Positions 9,744 through 19,064 of a stretch of DNA of 64,000 bases are shown here, piece after piece. This DNA is from Bacillota bacterium (GTDB lineage: Bacteria; Bacillota_I; Bacilli_A; RFN20; CAG-826), in NCBI GenBank assembly GCA_023393065.1, contig JAEWMX010000015.1:16221-80220 (forward strand), read 5' to 3'. Positions within the stretch are counted from its first letter, which is position 1. The number at the start of each line of letters is the position of its first letter. The position numbers and the translations under genes were made by a program. Under the pieces are notes generated by a model, which was given only the letters and a program-made list of their open reading frames with translations, was not told the DNA's origin and did not search any database.

Positions 9744-10103
9744 ATGGCTAATCGCACGGAAAGAATTCAGAGCATCATCGCCAAGAACATCTCGGAAATT
9801 TTGCAATTTGAAGTCAAGAATACAAATGTCGGCCTCGTCTCGGTGACTGAGGTTCGCGTCTCGACTGACTTTTCCTATGCGAAAGTGTATGTTAGTTTTA
9901 TCGGCGCGAAGCATCCGAAGGCTAACCTCGAAGCCTTAAACGCGGCCAAGGGTTTCGTCCGCAGTTCGCTGGCCTCCAAACTCGATATCCGCAAAGTTCC
10001 GGAAATCACCTTTATTCTCGACGATACTTTCGAAAAGCAAGATCGCATCGAGAAAATACTAAAAGAAGAAGCTGAAACACTTAATAAATTAAGGGGGAAA
10101 TAA
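9744..10103 (+). CDS. rbfA: ribosome-binding factor A
   Basis: 119 aa. RTERIQSIIAKNISEIL...VSVTEVRVSTDFSYAKVYVS is typical of RbfA. Position after infB. Confidence 0.9.
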   Translation: MANRTERIQSIIAKNISEILQFEVKNTNVGLVSVTEVRVSTDFSYAKVYVSFIGAKHPKANLEALNAAKGFVRSSLASKLDIRKVPEITFILDDTFEKQDRIEKILKEEAETLNKLRGK

Positions 10104-10104
10104 C

Positions 10105-11037
10105 ATGGTAAATGGTAGCGACATCGTCGTTCAGACCTCAGGTCTTACCAAAAAGTATGGCAGCACCGTCGCATTAAACGACGTCAGCATCACCGTCCAT
10201 CGCGGCGAAATCTATGGTTTCGTCGGCCGCAACGGGGCGGGCAAGACGACGCTCATCCGCGTCTTGACAGGAATTGCCAATCCGACATCCGGCACTTTTA
10301 CGCTTTTAGGGGCCAAGAGCAAAGCCGAACAAAAGGAGACGCGCAAGCACATCGCAGCGATGGTGGAGACGCCGGCGCTCTACATGAACATGACGGCTCA
10401 TGACAATCTGCGTACAACTCTCATTCTCAAAGGCATTAAAGATGAATCGCTGATTCGCTCGCGGCTTAAAGAAGTCGGTTTGGATGATGTCATCTCATCG
10501 AGTAAAAAAGCCAAGGATTTTTCTTTGGGCATGAAGCAGAGACTAGGTATCGCCATGGCCTTGCTCGGCGATCCCGAACTGCTCATTCTCGACGAACCGA
10601 CCAATGGTCTTGATCCCGAGGGCATTCGCGAAATGCGCGAACTACTTGTTAAAATTAACAAGGATCGCAATATTACGATGATCATCTCGAGTCACATCCT
10701 CGGCGAGCTTTCGAAGTTGGCGACGCGGTTTGGCTTTATTGATAAAGGTGTCATCATCAACGAAATCTCCGCTGATGAGCTCTTTAACAAAGTGAGCAAA
10801 TCGGTCGTCATCAAAACCGATAACAACGACCGGGCGATTGAAATTCTTGGCGAAAAATATCCATCTCGCGTCACTAAAGACGATAATGGTTCGCTTCATA
10901 TCGCCGATATTTCAAACTCGAGCGAAATCGTTAAGCTACTCGTCAAATCCGATATCAATGTCGTGCAATTCCGCGAACAGGAAAACGGCCTTGAAGACTA
11001 TTTCATCAATTTGATCGGAGGCAATCACCATGACTAG
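10105..11037 (+). CDS. ABC transporter ATP-binding protein (ABC-2 / bacitracin-lantibiotic export type)
   Basis: Walker A GRNGAGKTT, signature LSLGMKQRL, Walker B LLILDEPTNGLD. Starts 2 nt after the rbfA stop. Confidence 0.9.
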   Translation: MVNGSDIVVQTSGLTKKYGSTVALNDVSITVHRGEIYGFVGRNGAGKTTLIRVLTGIANPTSGTFTLLGAKSKAEQKETRKHIAAMVETPALYMNMTAHDNLRTTLILKGIKDESLIRSRLKEVGLDDVISSSKKAKDFSLGMKQRLGIAMALLGDPELLILDEPTNGLDPEGIREMRELLVKINKDRNITMIISSHILGELSKLATRFGFIDKGVIINEISADELFNKVSKSVVIKTDNNDRAIEILGEKYPSRVTKDDNGSLHIADISNSSEIVKLLVKSDINVVQFREQENGLEDYFINLIGGNHHD

Positions 11038-11893
11038 ATTACTGCGCCTTCAACTATTTCGCGCCCTCAAAGATAAAGGGACGATCATCTTTACGGTCAT
11101 CACCCTCGTGTTGGGCATCTTGTCGATAACCTTTAACTTCTTGTTGTCAAGGAGCATCGGCCAAGGCGGTTCAGAACTTTTTGACGACCTCTTTGCCACC
11201 TCGACGCTGATTAACTCCTCGTTCTCCCTTTCGAGCACGCCGATGGTCTTGCTCATCATCATGGGTGTGGTGCTCCTCTATAAAGAATCGGGATGGGGGA
11301 CGATTCGCAATCAAGTCGTCGCCGGCTATTCAAAGATTCAAATTTACTTTGCCAACTTCATAGCTATGGTAATCGTCTTGTTCACGATTTTATTTGCTTA
11401 CCAATTGCTGACTTTGGGCCTCGGTTATCTCTTCGGTTTCGAACTCGGAATCGAGACGGCTGCCGAAGCCGGTGTCTTCTTTAGAAAATACGCTCTTAAC
11501 TTACTTATCTTCATCACCGAAGTCGCCTTCATGACTTTTATTTCCTTGATGTTTCAAAACATTATCGCACCCGTTTTCTTAGTCGTTATTTTACCGATCT
11601 TTGTCGGAGCGATTTTGCAGACGGTAGTCCCAATCGTCGTTTTGATGAATCAGAGCAATGCCGCGCAAATTATCGGCGGCTTTGAATATGTAATCTGGTA
11701 TCAAAATACTTCGTTAAGCATCAGCGGTTTTACCTATGAGATGACGAGCGGTATCGGCGGTTTGCTCGGCGCGGCACTATATGACACGAGCACCTTAGAA
11801 TTTATTCTAAAAACCATCGGCACCAACCTCGCGCTCAATGGCATCTTCCTCGGTTTAGGAAGTTATCTATTCTCTCGTAAAGATTTAAAGTAG
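11030..11893 (+). CDS. ABC-2-type transporter permease
   Basis: 287 aa, about 6 TM helices. 8-nt overlap with the preceding ATPase gene. Confidence 0.7.
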   Translation: MTRLLRLQLFRALKDKGTIIFTVITLVLGILSITFNFLLSRSIGQGGSELFDDLFATSTLINSSFSLSSTPMVLLIIMGVVLLYKESGWGTIRNQVVAGYSKIQIYFANFIAMVIVLFTILFAYQLLTLGLGYLFGFELGIETAAEAGVFFRKYALNLLIFITEVAFMTFISLMFQNIIAPVFLVVILPIFVGAILQTVVPIVVLMNQSNAAQIIGGFEYVIWYQNTSLSISGFTYEMTSGIGGLLGAALYDTSTLEFILKTIGTNLALNGIFLGLGSYLFSRKDLK

Positions 11894-11894
11894 A

Positions 11895-13088
11895 TTACTT
11901 ATCGCGTTTTAAAATCATCTGATAGTGGGGGATGTTGGCGTCGAGATAGACGTCTCCCACTTTTTTAAAGCCCAATTTTTCATAGAAGCCGAGCGCTTGA
12001 ACTTGCGCCCCTAAGATAAATGTCAAAGGGTTGGTTTTGCTTAATAGCCTTTCCATTAAAAACGCCAATGCTTTTTTGCTATAACCGAAGCCGCGATATT
12101 CTTTAATCGTCGCTATTCGCGAGAGATGGACGAGCCGCTCTTCTTCAAAGGAATAGCGCATCGTGGCGATCGGCGTTTTGCCTTTATAGACGAGGATATG
12201 CTCTTGGCCTTCGTCGCTCCCGTCAAATTCATCTTGTGGTGGAACATTTTGTTCAATTAGAAAAACAGCGGTGCGAATCTTAGCCATCACCAGCGCATCT
12301 TGTTTAGTTATCACCGGTTTAATCGATAGATCGGTTTCCGGTATTTTATAGAAGGTCTCCTTACCCCAAACATCCTCTTGTTCATAGTTATATAACATCG
12401 TCAGAAAGTTTTCTTTGGCATCGGGATACTGCCCATATATCGCTTTCAGCAAATTCTTAATGTCTTCTCGCGTCGTTAAGCCGTCGCTCGGACAAGGGCT
12501 GCTCATGACCGGTAATCGCTCTTCTCTAGCTGTTTTTTCGATCTCGGATTCACGGCACAAGATGAGTGGTCGAATAAAATCGATATCGGCATTTTGAAGG
12601 TGCATCTTCGGAGAGAAAGTAGCGATTCGACCCCCATATAATTCATTCATGAAGAGGGTTTCGATCGCGTCTTCGGCGTGATGGGCAAAAGCGACTTTTT
12701 GATAGCCGAGTTGCTTTGCCACTTTATTGATGGCCGCCTTCTTCATCCGCGAGCATATCGAGCAAGGGAGATGGTGGCCTTCTTTCGTGTGTTTTTGCAA
12801 AATGGGATACACCGTCTTGGCATCGGCGATATGTAACTCCATCCCTAAAGATTGAACATATTTTTCAATCGCAGAAGCATCAAAGTTAGGAAATCCGAGG
12901 TCGAGCATCACCGGCTGAATCTCAAAATCGCACTGCGCGAATTTACGGTAGAGATGCAAGGCGTATAAAAGGACGAGCGAATCTTTGCCACCTGAAACCC
13001 CGATGACGATTTTATCGCCGGGATTTATGAGCGAAAAACGCATGTCGGCATTGCGGATACAAGCTAAGATTTTTCTGATGGCGCGCAT
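11895..13088 (-). CDS. TtcA/TilS-like PP-loop ATPase (tRNA thiolation family) fused to a C-terminal GNAT acetyltransferase domain
   Basis: PP-loop SGGKDS (aa 32-37), CSICSR and SPCPS cysteines as in TtcA-type Fe-S thiolases. The C-terminal ~140 aa carry a GNAT acetyl-CoA motif (YRGFGYSKKAL ... FYEKLGFKKVG). Confidence 0.8.
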   Translation of the reverse strand: MRAIRKILACIRNADMRFSLINPGDKIVIGVSGGKDSLVLLYALHLYRKFAQCDFEIQPVMLDLGFPNFDASAIEKYVQSLGMELHIADAKTVYPILQKHTKEGHHLPCSICSRMKKAAINKVAKQLGYQKVAFAHHAEDAIETLFMNELYGGRIATFSPKMHLQNADIDFIRPLILCRESEIEKTAREERLPVMSSPCPSDGLTTREDIKNLLKAIYGQYPDAKENFLTMLYNYEQEDVWGKETFYKIPETDLSIKPVITKQDALVMAKIRTAVFLIEQNVPPQDEFDGSDEGQEHILVYKGKTPIATMRYSFEEERLVHLSRIATIKEYRGFGYSKKALAFLMERLLSKTNPLTFILGAQVQALGFYEKLGFKKVGDVYLDANIPHYQMILKRDK

Positions 13089-13120
13089 TTCTTTTACCTA
13101 AGTAACTAAGTTAGATTATA

Positions 13121-13993
13121 ATGTTTAGCATGGAAAGTGTTAAACAAAAAAGCGGAATCCTTTTGCTCGATAAAACAATCGGCCCAACTTCGCGGCAAGT
13201 TGTTAACGGCGTCTCGTCGTTTTTAAAAACCAAAAAAGTCGGACATGTCGGCACGCTTGATCCTTTTGCCTCCGGCTTATTGATTTTAACCGTGAACCAA
13301 GCGACGAAAATCGGCGCTTACCTCGAAGTCCTCGATAAGACCTATGTCGCCAAGATTAAACTCGGCGAAAAAACCGATACCGGTGATTTGACCGGTCAGG
13401 TCATCGCCTCTGAGAAAGTAGCAAAAAACCTCGGTTCTGCGAAAATTAATGACGTTTTACAATCATTTTTAGGCAAAAGGACGCAAATCCCACCGATGTT
13501 TAGCGCCTTAAAACGCGAGGGAAAGCCTCTTTATAAATACGCTCGTGATGGCATCGAAGTAGAGCGCAAACCGCGCAATATCGAAATCTTTGACATCCAT
13601 TTGATAAGCTATGAAAATGATATCGTCGAGTTTCAATCTCGCGTCAGCAAAGGCACCTATATCAGGACTTTGGGAGAGGAAATTGCGGTGGCTCTCGGCA
13701 CCCTCGGACACCTCGTCTCTTTGCGGCGGACGGCCATCGGAAACTTCAAAATCGAAGACGCGATCCCGCTTGAAGATGTCAATTTCGATCAGCTCATTCC
13801 GATGCGAAAAGCCTTGTCGCACCTTCCTAGTATCGAAGTTGATGACCTAGTGGCCATCGATATTAAAAACGGCCGCTCTCTCAAATTGAACATCGACGAC
13901 AACTTGGTCTTGCTTATTTGCAAAGATCAGGCGCTTGCCTTGTATGAAAAGCGCGACGATGGTTTATACTATTCGCGTAGAGGATTATTCTAA
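13121..13993 (+). CDS. truB: tRNA pseudouridine(55) synthase TruB
   Basis: GILLLDKTIGPTS, HVGTLDPFASGLL (catalytic Asp motif). Alternative start ATG 13130. No SD before either ATG, and a TATAAT box (13117-13122) overlaps the first ATG. Confidence 0.9.
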   Translation: MFSMESVKQKSGILLLDKTIGPTSRQVVNGVSSFLKTKKVGHVGTLDPFASGLLILTVNQATKIGAYLEVLDKTYVAKIKLGEKTDTGDLTGQVIASEKVAKNLGSAKINDVLQSFLGKRTQIPPMFSALKREGKPLYKYARDGIEVERKPRNIEIFDIHLISYENDIVEFQSRVSKGTYIRTLGEEIAVALGTLGHLVSLRRTAIGNFKIEDAIPLEDVNFDQLIPMRKALSHLPSIEVDDLVAIDIKNGRSLKLNIDDNLVLLICKDQALALYEKRDDGLYYSRRGLF

Positions 13994-14887
13994 TTGAAAA
14001 CAATCTTGCTCGACTTAGTAAATATCACGCCGTTTGATGAGCCGATCAGCATCTGCCTCGGCAATTTTGACGGCGTCCACATCGGCCATCAGCAAGTCAT
14101 TAAAAAAGCTGTTCTCGATAGCGGGATGGAAGTCGCGGTCTTAACTTTTGACGCCCCCTTGGGCAGCGTCATCGATGGGCGCAAAGCCAAGCATGTCTTG
14201 ACCTCGGTCAGCGATCGCTTTCGCATCATTCACCGCCTCGGCGCGGATTATATGCTCGTTCTCCATCTCGACGCTAGTTTATTGGAGATGTCAGCCTTTG
14301 ATTTCATTGAAAATATTTTGAAGAAGCTCAATGTCAAAAAAGTCTTCGCCGGCGAAGATTATCGCTTTGGCAAAAATCAGAGCGGCGATCTCGCTTTGCT
14401 CAGCGCGCATTTCGAGGTGACGGCCCTTCCCCTTTTGGATGTCGAACACCACAAAGTTTCGACGAGTCAAATCATCGATTTATTAAAACAAGGTAAGGTG
14501 ACCAAGGCCAACGAGCTACTCGGTCGCCACTATCAGATGCACGGGACGATAAGCGAAGGTTTGCACAACGGTCAGACGATTGGCTTTCCGACGGCCAATC
14601 TCAAACCCAGCGCCCCGTATGTCATTCCCAAATTCGGCGTTTATAAAACCGTTTGTTACATCGATGGTTTTCCTCATCTATCGCTCACCAATGTCGGCAT
14701 CCATCCAACCATACAGCAACTTGATATGCCGTCGATCGAAGTTCATATTCCCAATTACGAAGGTAACGATTACGGCAAGACGATGTATCTCGAATTCATC
14801 AGTTTCTTAAGGCCGGAAAAACATTTTTCTTCCCTCGAGGAATTAAAAGCCCAAATCGCCCTCGACATCACTTCGATCAAGTCGTAA
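13994..14887 (+). CDS. ribF: bifunctional riboflavin kinase / FAD synthetase
   Basis: GNFDGVHIGHQ nucleotidyltransferase motif near the N-terminus. C-terminal riboflavin kinase motifs (GFPTANL; PEKHFSSLEELKAQI). TTG start directly after the truB stop. Confidence 0.9.
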   Translation: MKTILLDLVNITPFDEPISICLGNFDGVHIGHQQVIKKAVLDSGMEVAVLTFDAPLGSVIDGRKAKHVLTSVSDRFRIIHRLGADYMLVLHLDASLLEMSAFDFIENILKKLNVKKVFAGEDYRFGKNQSGDLALLSAHFEVTALPLLDVEHHKVSTSQIIDLLKQGKVTKANELLGRHYQMHGTISEGLHNGQTIGFPTANLKPSAPYVIPKFGVYKTVCYIDGFPHLSLTNVGIHPTIQQLDMPSIEVHIPNYEGNDYGKTMYLEFISFLRPEKHFSSLEELKAQIALDITSIKS

Positions 14888-14899
14888 AAGAAATAATAT

Positions 14900-14928
14900 T
14901 TGCATTCCCATTTTATAAACTATATATT
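14900..14928 (+). promoter_or_regulatory. candidate sigma-A promoter of rpsO
   Basis: TTGCAT (14900-14905), 17-nt spacer, TATATT (14923-14928). Confidence 0.5.
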
Positions 14929-15010
14929 TATATAAGCGACTTGATCGATGCCTGGTGAGTCTCCGACGCTAAGCGCTGATCAAGCTAAGTATAAAGAAGG
15001 AGGAAAAGAC

Positions 15011-15280
15011 ATGGCTCTATCAAAAGAAAGAGTGGCCGAACTAGTTAAGGAATATGGCAAAAACGCCAACGATTCCGGTTCACCGGCCGTTCAAATCGCC
15101 TTATTGACCGAGCAGATTATCAATCTGACCGCTCATTTAAAGGCCAACAAAAAAGACCATCACTCGCGCCGCGGCTTACTCATCGCCGTCGGCAAGCGCA
15201 GAAGTCTGCTCGATTACCTAAATCGCACAGATCGCGACGCCTACATCAAACTGATCGCAAGTCTCGGCATTCGCAAGTAA
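15011..15280 (+). CDS. rpsO: 30S ribosomal protein S15
   Basis: 89 aa. [16 protein letters not shown]...[16 protein letters not shown] is typical of S15. RBS GAAGGAGG upstream of ATG 15011; the track ORF start at 14948 lies in the leader. Confidence 0.95.
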   Translation: MALSKERVAELVKEYGKNANDSGSPAVQIALLTEQIINLTAHLKANKKDHHSRRGLLIAVGKRRSLLDYLNRTDRDAYIKLIASLGIRK

Positions 15281-15293
15281 GAGACAAGCGTGA

Positions 15294-15322
15294 TAAACCG
15301 CGAATAAAATCGCGGTTTTTCT
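15294..15322 (+). terminator. intrinsic terminator after rpsO
   Basis: AAACCGCG-AATAAAAT-CGCGGTTT followed by TTTCTTTG. Confidence 0.7.
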
Positions 15323-15397
15323 TTGTTTATTCATATTACTTTCTAATATGATGTGTTATAATTACTAACTGTTAAATGAAATGAGGAAATAGAAAAC

Positions 15398-17581
15398 ATG
15401 AAGAGAACATTCGAATTAGAATTCGAAGGCCGAAAGCTCGCCGTTGAAGTCGGCGAACTGGCCAAACAAGCTGACGGCGCCGTGCTCGTCCGCTATGGCG
15501 ATACCGTCGTCCTATCGACCGCCGTCGCCAGCAAAGAACCAAAGGACAGCGATTTCTTTCCGCTGACCATCGGTTATGAAGAAAAACAATATGCCGTCGG
15601 AAAAATCCCGGGCTCCTTTCTAAGAAGAGAAGGCCGCCCCAGCGAACACGCGACGTTGACCGCTCGTTTAATCGACCGTCCGATTCGCCCGATGTTTGCC
15701 GAAGGCTTCCGCAATGAAGTGCAAGTCGTCAACACCGTCTTAAGCGTCGATTTAGACAACACGCCGGAAATGTCGGCGATGTTAGGCTCGTCGCTTGCTT
15801 TATCGATTAGCGATATTCCGTTTGACGGTCCGATCGCCGGCGTCCAAGTCGGACGCGTCGATGGCGAGTTTATCATCAACCCCAACATCGAACAGAGCGA
15901 AAAGTCGGATATTCACCTTTCCGTCGCCGGCACCAAAGAAGCGATCAACATGGTCGAATCCGGAGCCGCTGAAGTTAGCGAAGACGACATGCTCGAAGCT
16001 TTGATGTTCGGCCATCGCGCCATCGTCAAGTTGTGCGAATTCCAAGAAAAAGTCATGGCCGAAGTCGGTGCCCCCAAGCGCGAAATCGTCCTCTACCACG
16101 TCAGCGAAGAAATTGAAAATGATATTAAAGATCGAGCTGAGCAACGCTTGATTAAAGCTATCTCAATCTTCGACAAGCTCGAAAGACAAAACGCCATCGA
16201 CGATATTCAAAAAGAAGTTATCAGCGATTACGAAAACCGCAAGTACGATACGGAAAAAGAAGCCAAGACGACCGTCTCGATGGTTAAAGAAGTGCTCGAA
16301 ACCATCGTCGCCAACGAAGTCAGACGCTTGATTACCGAAGATAAAATCCGCCCCGACGGCCGCAAAGTCGACGAAATTCGTCCGCTCAGCGCCCAAGTCG
16401 ATCTCTTGCCGAGAACACACGGATCAGGTCTATTTACCAGAGGTCAAACTCAAGTTTTGTCGGTGACGACTCTCGGCTCCTTAAAAGACGAGCAAATCAT
16501 CGATAATTTAACAGCTGAAGACACGCGAAGATTCATGCACCATTATAACTTCCCACCTTATTCGGTTGGCGAAGTCGGTCGCATGGGCAATCCCGGCCGT
16601 CGCGAAATCGGTCATGGGGCTTTAGGCGAAAGAGCTCTCTCTTATGTCATACCAAACGAAGAAGAATTCCCTTATAGCATTCGCGTCGTCAGCGAAGTCT
16701 TAGAATCCAACGGTTCATCATCGCAAGCCAGCATCTGCGCCGGCTGCATGTCTTTGATGGCCGCCGGCGTCCCGATCAAGGCGATGGTCAGCGGCATCGC
16801 CATGGGCCTCGTCACTTCCGGACCGCTCGATGGTAAACATCCTTATACGATTCTCACCGATATTCAAGGTCTCGAAGATCACTTCGGAGACATGGACTTT
16901 AAAGTCGCTGGAACCGAAAAAGGCATTACCGCTTTGCAGATGGATATCAAAATTCGCGGCATCACCCGCGATGTCTTAAAAGAAGCGTTGGCCGAAGCTC
17001 ACAAAGCTCGCGCCGTCGTGCGCCACGCGATGGAACAAGCCATCACCGAGCCACGCCCAGAAGTCGGTAAGTACGCCCCTAAACTCGATAAGATGAGAAT
17101 CGACATCGACAAGATTCGCGATGTCATCGGCACCGGCGGTAAAGTCATCAACGATATCATCGCAAAATGCGATGACGTCAAGATCGATATCGACGATGAC
17201 GGATTTGTCGTCATCTACCACATGAACAGCGAATCGATCAACAAAGCCAAGCAGATGATCGAAGATATCGTCCGCGTCGCTAAAATCGGCGAAACTTTTG
17301 AAGGGACCGTGACCCGTGTCGAAGACTACGGAGCCTTCGTCAACTTATTTGGCAATGTCGATGGTCTCTGCCATGTCTCGCGCCTCGGTTGGAGCTATGT
17401 CGCCAACGCCAGCGATGTCGTCAAAGTCGGTCAAAAACTCAAAGTTGTCGTCACCGAGATCGATGACCACGGAAAAGTCAAAGTGTCGCACCGCGAGTTT
17501 ACTGAAAAACCGGAGAACTATGTCGAACGTCCGGAACGCCCGGCCTTCAACAAAGGCGGCAAAAAACCTTTCCGTAAATAA
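15398..17581 (+). CDS. pnp: polyribonucleotide nucleotidyltransferase (PNPase)
   Basis: 727 aa. Two RNase PH domains, KH ([11 protein letters not shown]) and S1 ([20 protein letters not shown]) domains. Classic rpsO-pnp synteny. Confidence 0.97.
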   Translation: MKRTFELEFEGRKLAVEVGELAKQADGAVLVRYGDTVVLSTAVASKEPKDSDFFPLTIGYEEKQYAVGKIPGSFLRREGRPSEHATLTARLIDRPIRPMFAEGFRNEVQVVNTVLSVDLDNTPEMSAMLGSSLALSISDIPFDGPIAGVQVGRVDGEFIINPNIEQSEKSDIHLSVAGTKEAINMVESGAAEVSEDDMLEALMFGHRAIVKLCEFQEKVMAEVGAPKREIVLYHVSEEIENDIKDRAEQRLIKAISIFDKLERQNAIDDIQKEVISDYENRKYDTEKEAKTTVSMVKEVLETIVANEVRRLITEDKIRPDGRKVDEIRPLSAQVDLLPRTHGSGLFTRGQTQVLSVTTLGSLKDEQIIDNLTAEDTRRFMHHYNFPPYSVGEVGRMGNPGRREIGHGALGERALSYVIPNEEEFPYSIRVVSEVLESNGSSSQASICAGCMSLMAAGVPIKAMVSGIAMGLVTSGPLDGKHPYTILTDIQGLEDHFGDMDFKVAGTEKGITALQMDIKIRGITRDVLKEALAEAHKARAVVRHAMEQAITEPRPEVGKYAPKLDKMRIDIDKIRDVIGTGGKVINDIIAKCDDVKIDIDDDGFVVIYHMNSESINKAKQMIEDIVRVAKIGETFEGTVTRVEDYGAFVNLFGNVDGLCHVSRLGWSYVANASDVVKVGQKLKVVVTEIDDHGKVKVSHREFTEKPENYVERPERPAFNKGGKKPFRK

Positions 17582-17618
17582 CAAGACACTAAAGTCTTGC
17601 CTATATAGAGGTATATAG

Positions 17619-19064
17619 ATGATTGATGTAATTATAATCGGTGCCGGCGTCATCGGTGCTTTGACGGCTCGAGAATTAGCTAAATACCAGCTAAAAGTTC
17701 TCGTCGTCGATAAAGAAAACGATGTCGGCAACGAAACGACGATGGCCAATTCCGCCATCGTCCATTCCGGATACGATCCGTTACCTGGCACTCTCAAGGC
17801 GCGCTTCAACGTCGCCGGAAATGCTATGTTTGACGAATTGGCGGAAGATTTGGATTTTCATTTCGGACGGGTCGGAAGCTTAACTCTCGCTTTAAGCGAA
17901 GAGCAGATTCCCGTCCTTTTAAACTTGCGCAAACAAGCGCGTTTAAACGGCGTCGAGGTTCAACTTTTGACGCCTGAAGAAGCCCTGGCGATGGAACCGC
18001 ATCTCAATCCGGAAGTAAAAGGCGTTTTATATGCCGAATCAGCGGGCATCGTCGATCCATTTAATCTGACGGCTCACGCCATGGAAAATGCCGTCGATAA
18101 CGGCGTCGAACTCCATTTAAATGAAACGGTCATCGCCATCGAATCAAAGAGCGAGAATCAAACTTATGTCGTGAAAACGGATAAGCATTCTTATGAGTGC
18201 AAAATAGTCATTAACTGCGCCGGCGTCTTCGCCGATCAAATTGCGCAGATGGTCGGCACTCCCGATTTTACTATTCGCCCTCGCAAGGGAGAGTATCTGA
18301 TACTTGATCACTACACCGCGGATTTAGTTAATTCGACGATTTTTCCCCTTCCGACTGCGAAAGGCAAAGGTGTCCTTGTCTCACCGACGACTAGCGGCAA
18401 CTACATCATCGGACCAAGCAGCGAATTCGTCGCTGAAAAAGATGATCTAGCAACGGATAAAATGACGATTGACTATGTCAAACAATCAGCTTTAAACCTC
18501 GTTCCTTCGATTCCTTTTGGCGAAGCTATTCGCGCCTTTTCTGGTTTACGAGCCTCATGTGATCGCGGTGACTTCATCGTCGAGGAGATGAATGGCCACG
18601 AAGGTTTTATCAATGTCGCCGGCATCGATTCGCCGGGACTAGCCTCTTCGCCGGCGATCGCTAAATTCGTTGTCGAAGAATTGGTGAGCAAACATCTATC
18701 GCTTGCTGAAAATCCTAATTTTAATCCGCGAATCAAACCGTATATCAATCTCAAAACCCTTTCCTTTGAAGAAAAAAACGAGTTGATCAAAAACAATCCG
18801 CGCCTCGGACAAATTATTTGCAACTGCGAGAAGATTTCACTCGGTGAACTCGATGATCTGATGGCGCGTTCGATTCCGCCGAGGACTATCAAGGCCATTA
18901 AAAAAAGGACAAGAGCGGGCTTTGGCAAGTGCCAAGGGGGCTTTTGCCAACCGGCCATCGTCAAGTATTTAGCCGAGTTCTACAATGTCGATTTAACCGA
19001 TATTCTATATGATAAGGGCGGTTCGAATATCGTCAAGTGTTCCACTAAGGAGTGCAAATTATGA
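17619..19064 (+). CDS. FAD-dependent glycerol-3-phosphate dehydrogenase/oxidase-like protein with C-terminal BFD-like [2Fe-2S] motif
   Basis: N-terminal dinucleotide-binding motif DVIIIGAGVIGA. DAO-family length. C-terminal Cys pattern CNCEKISLGE...GKCQGGFC. Confidence 0.8.
   Translation: MIDVIIIGAGVIGALTARELAKYQLKVLVVDKENDVGNETTMANSAIVHSGYDPLPGTLKARFNVAGNAMFDELAEDLDFHFGRVGSLTLALSEEQIPVLLNLRKQARLNGVEVQLLTPEEALAMEPHLNPEVKGVLYAESAGIVDPFNLTAHAMENAVDNGVELHLNETVIAIESKSENQTYVVKTDKHSYECKIVINCAGVFADQIAQMVGTPDFTIRPRKGEYLILDHYTADLVNSTIFPLPTAKGKGVLVSPTTSGNYIIGPSSEFVAEKDDLATDKMTIDYVKQSALNLVPSIPFGEAIRAFSGLRASCDRGDFIVEEMNGHEGFINVAGIDSPGLASSPAIAKFVVEELVSKHLSLAENPNFNPRIKPYINLKTLSFEEKNELIKNNPRLGQIICNCEKISLGELDDLMARSIPPRTIKAIKKRTRAGFGKCQGGFCQPAIVKYLAEFYNVDLTDILYDKGGSNIVKCSTKECKL

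Noticed and set aside
17582-17618. Hairpin CAAGAC/GTCTTG after pnp, and palindrome CTATATA-N4-TATATAG enclosing the SD of the next gene.
   Set aside because: There is no U-tract after the first hairpin. The second is AT-only and short. Both are plausible but unsupported as a terminator or translational control element.
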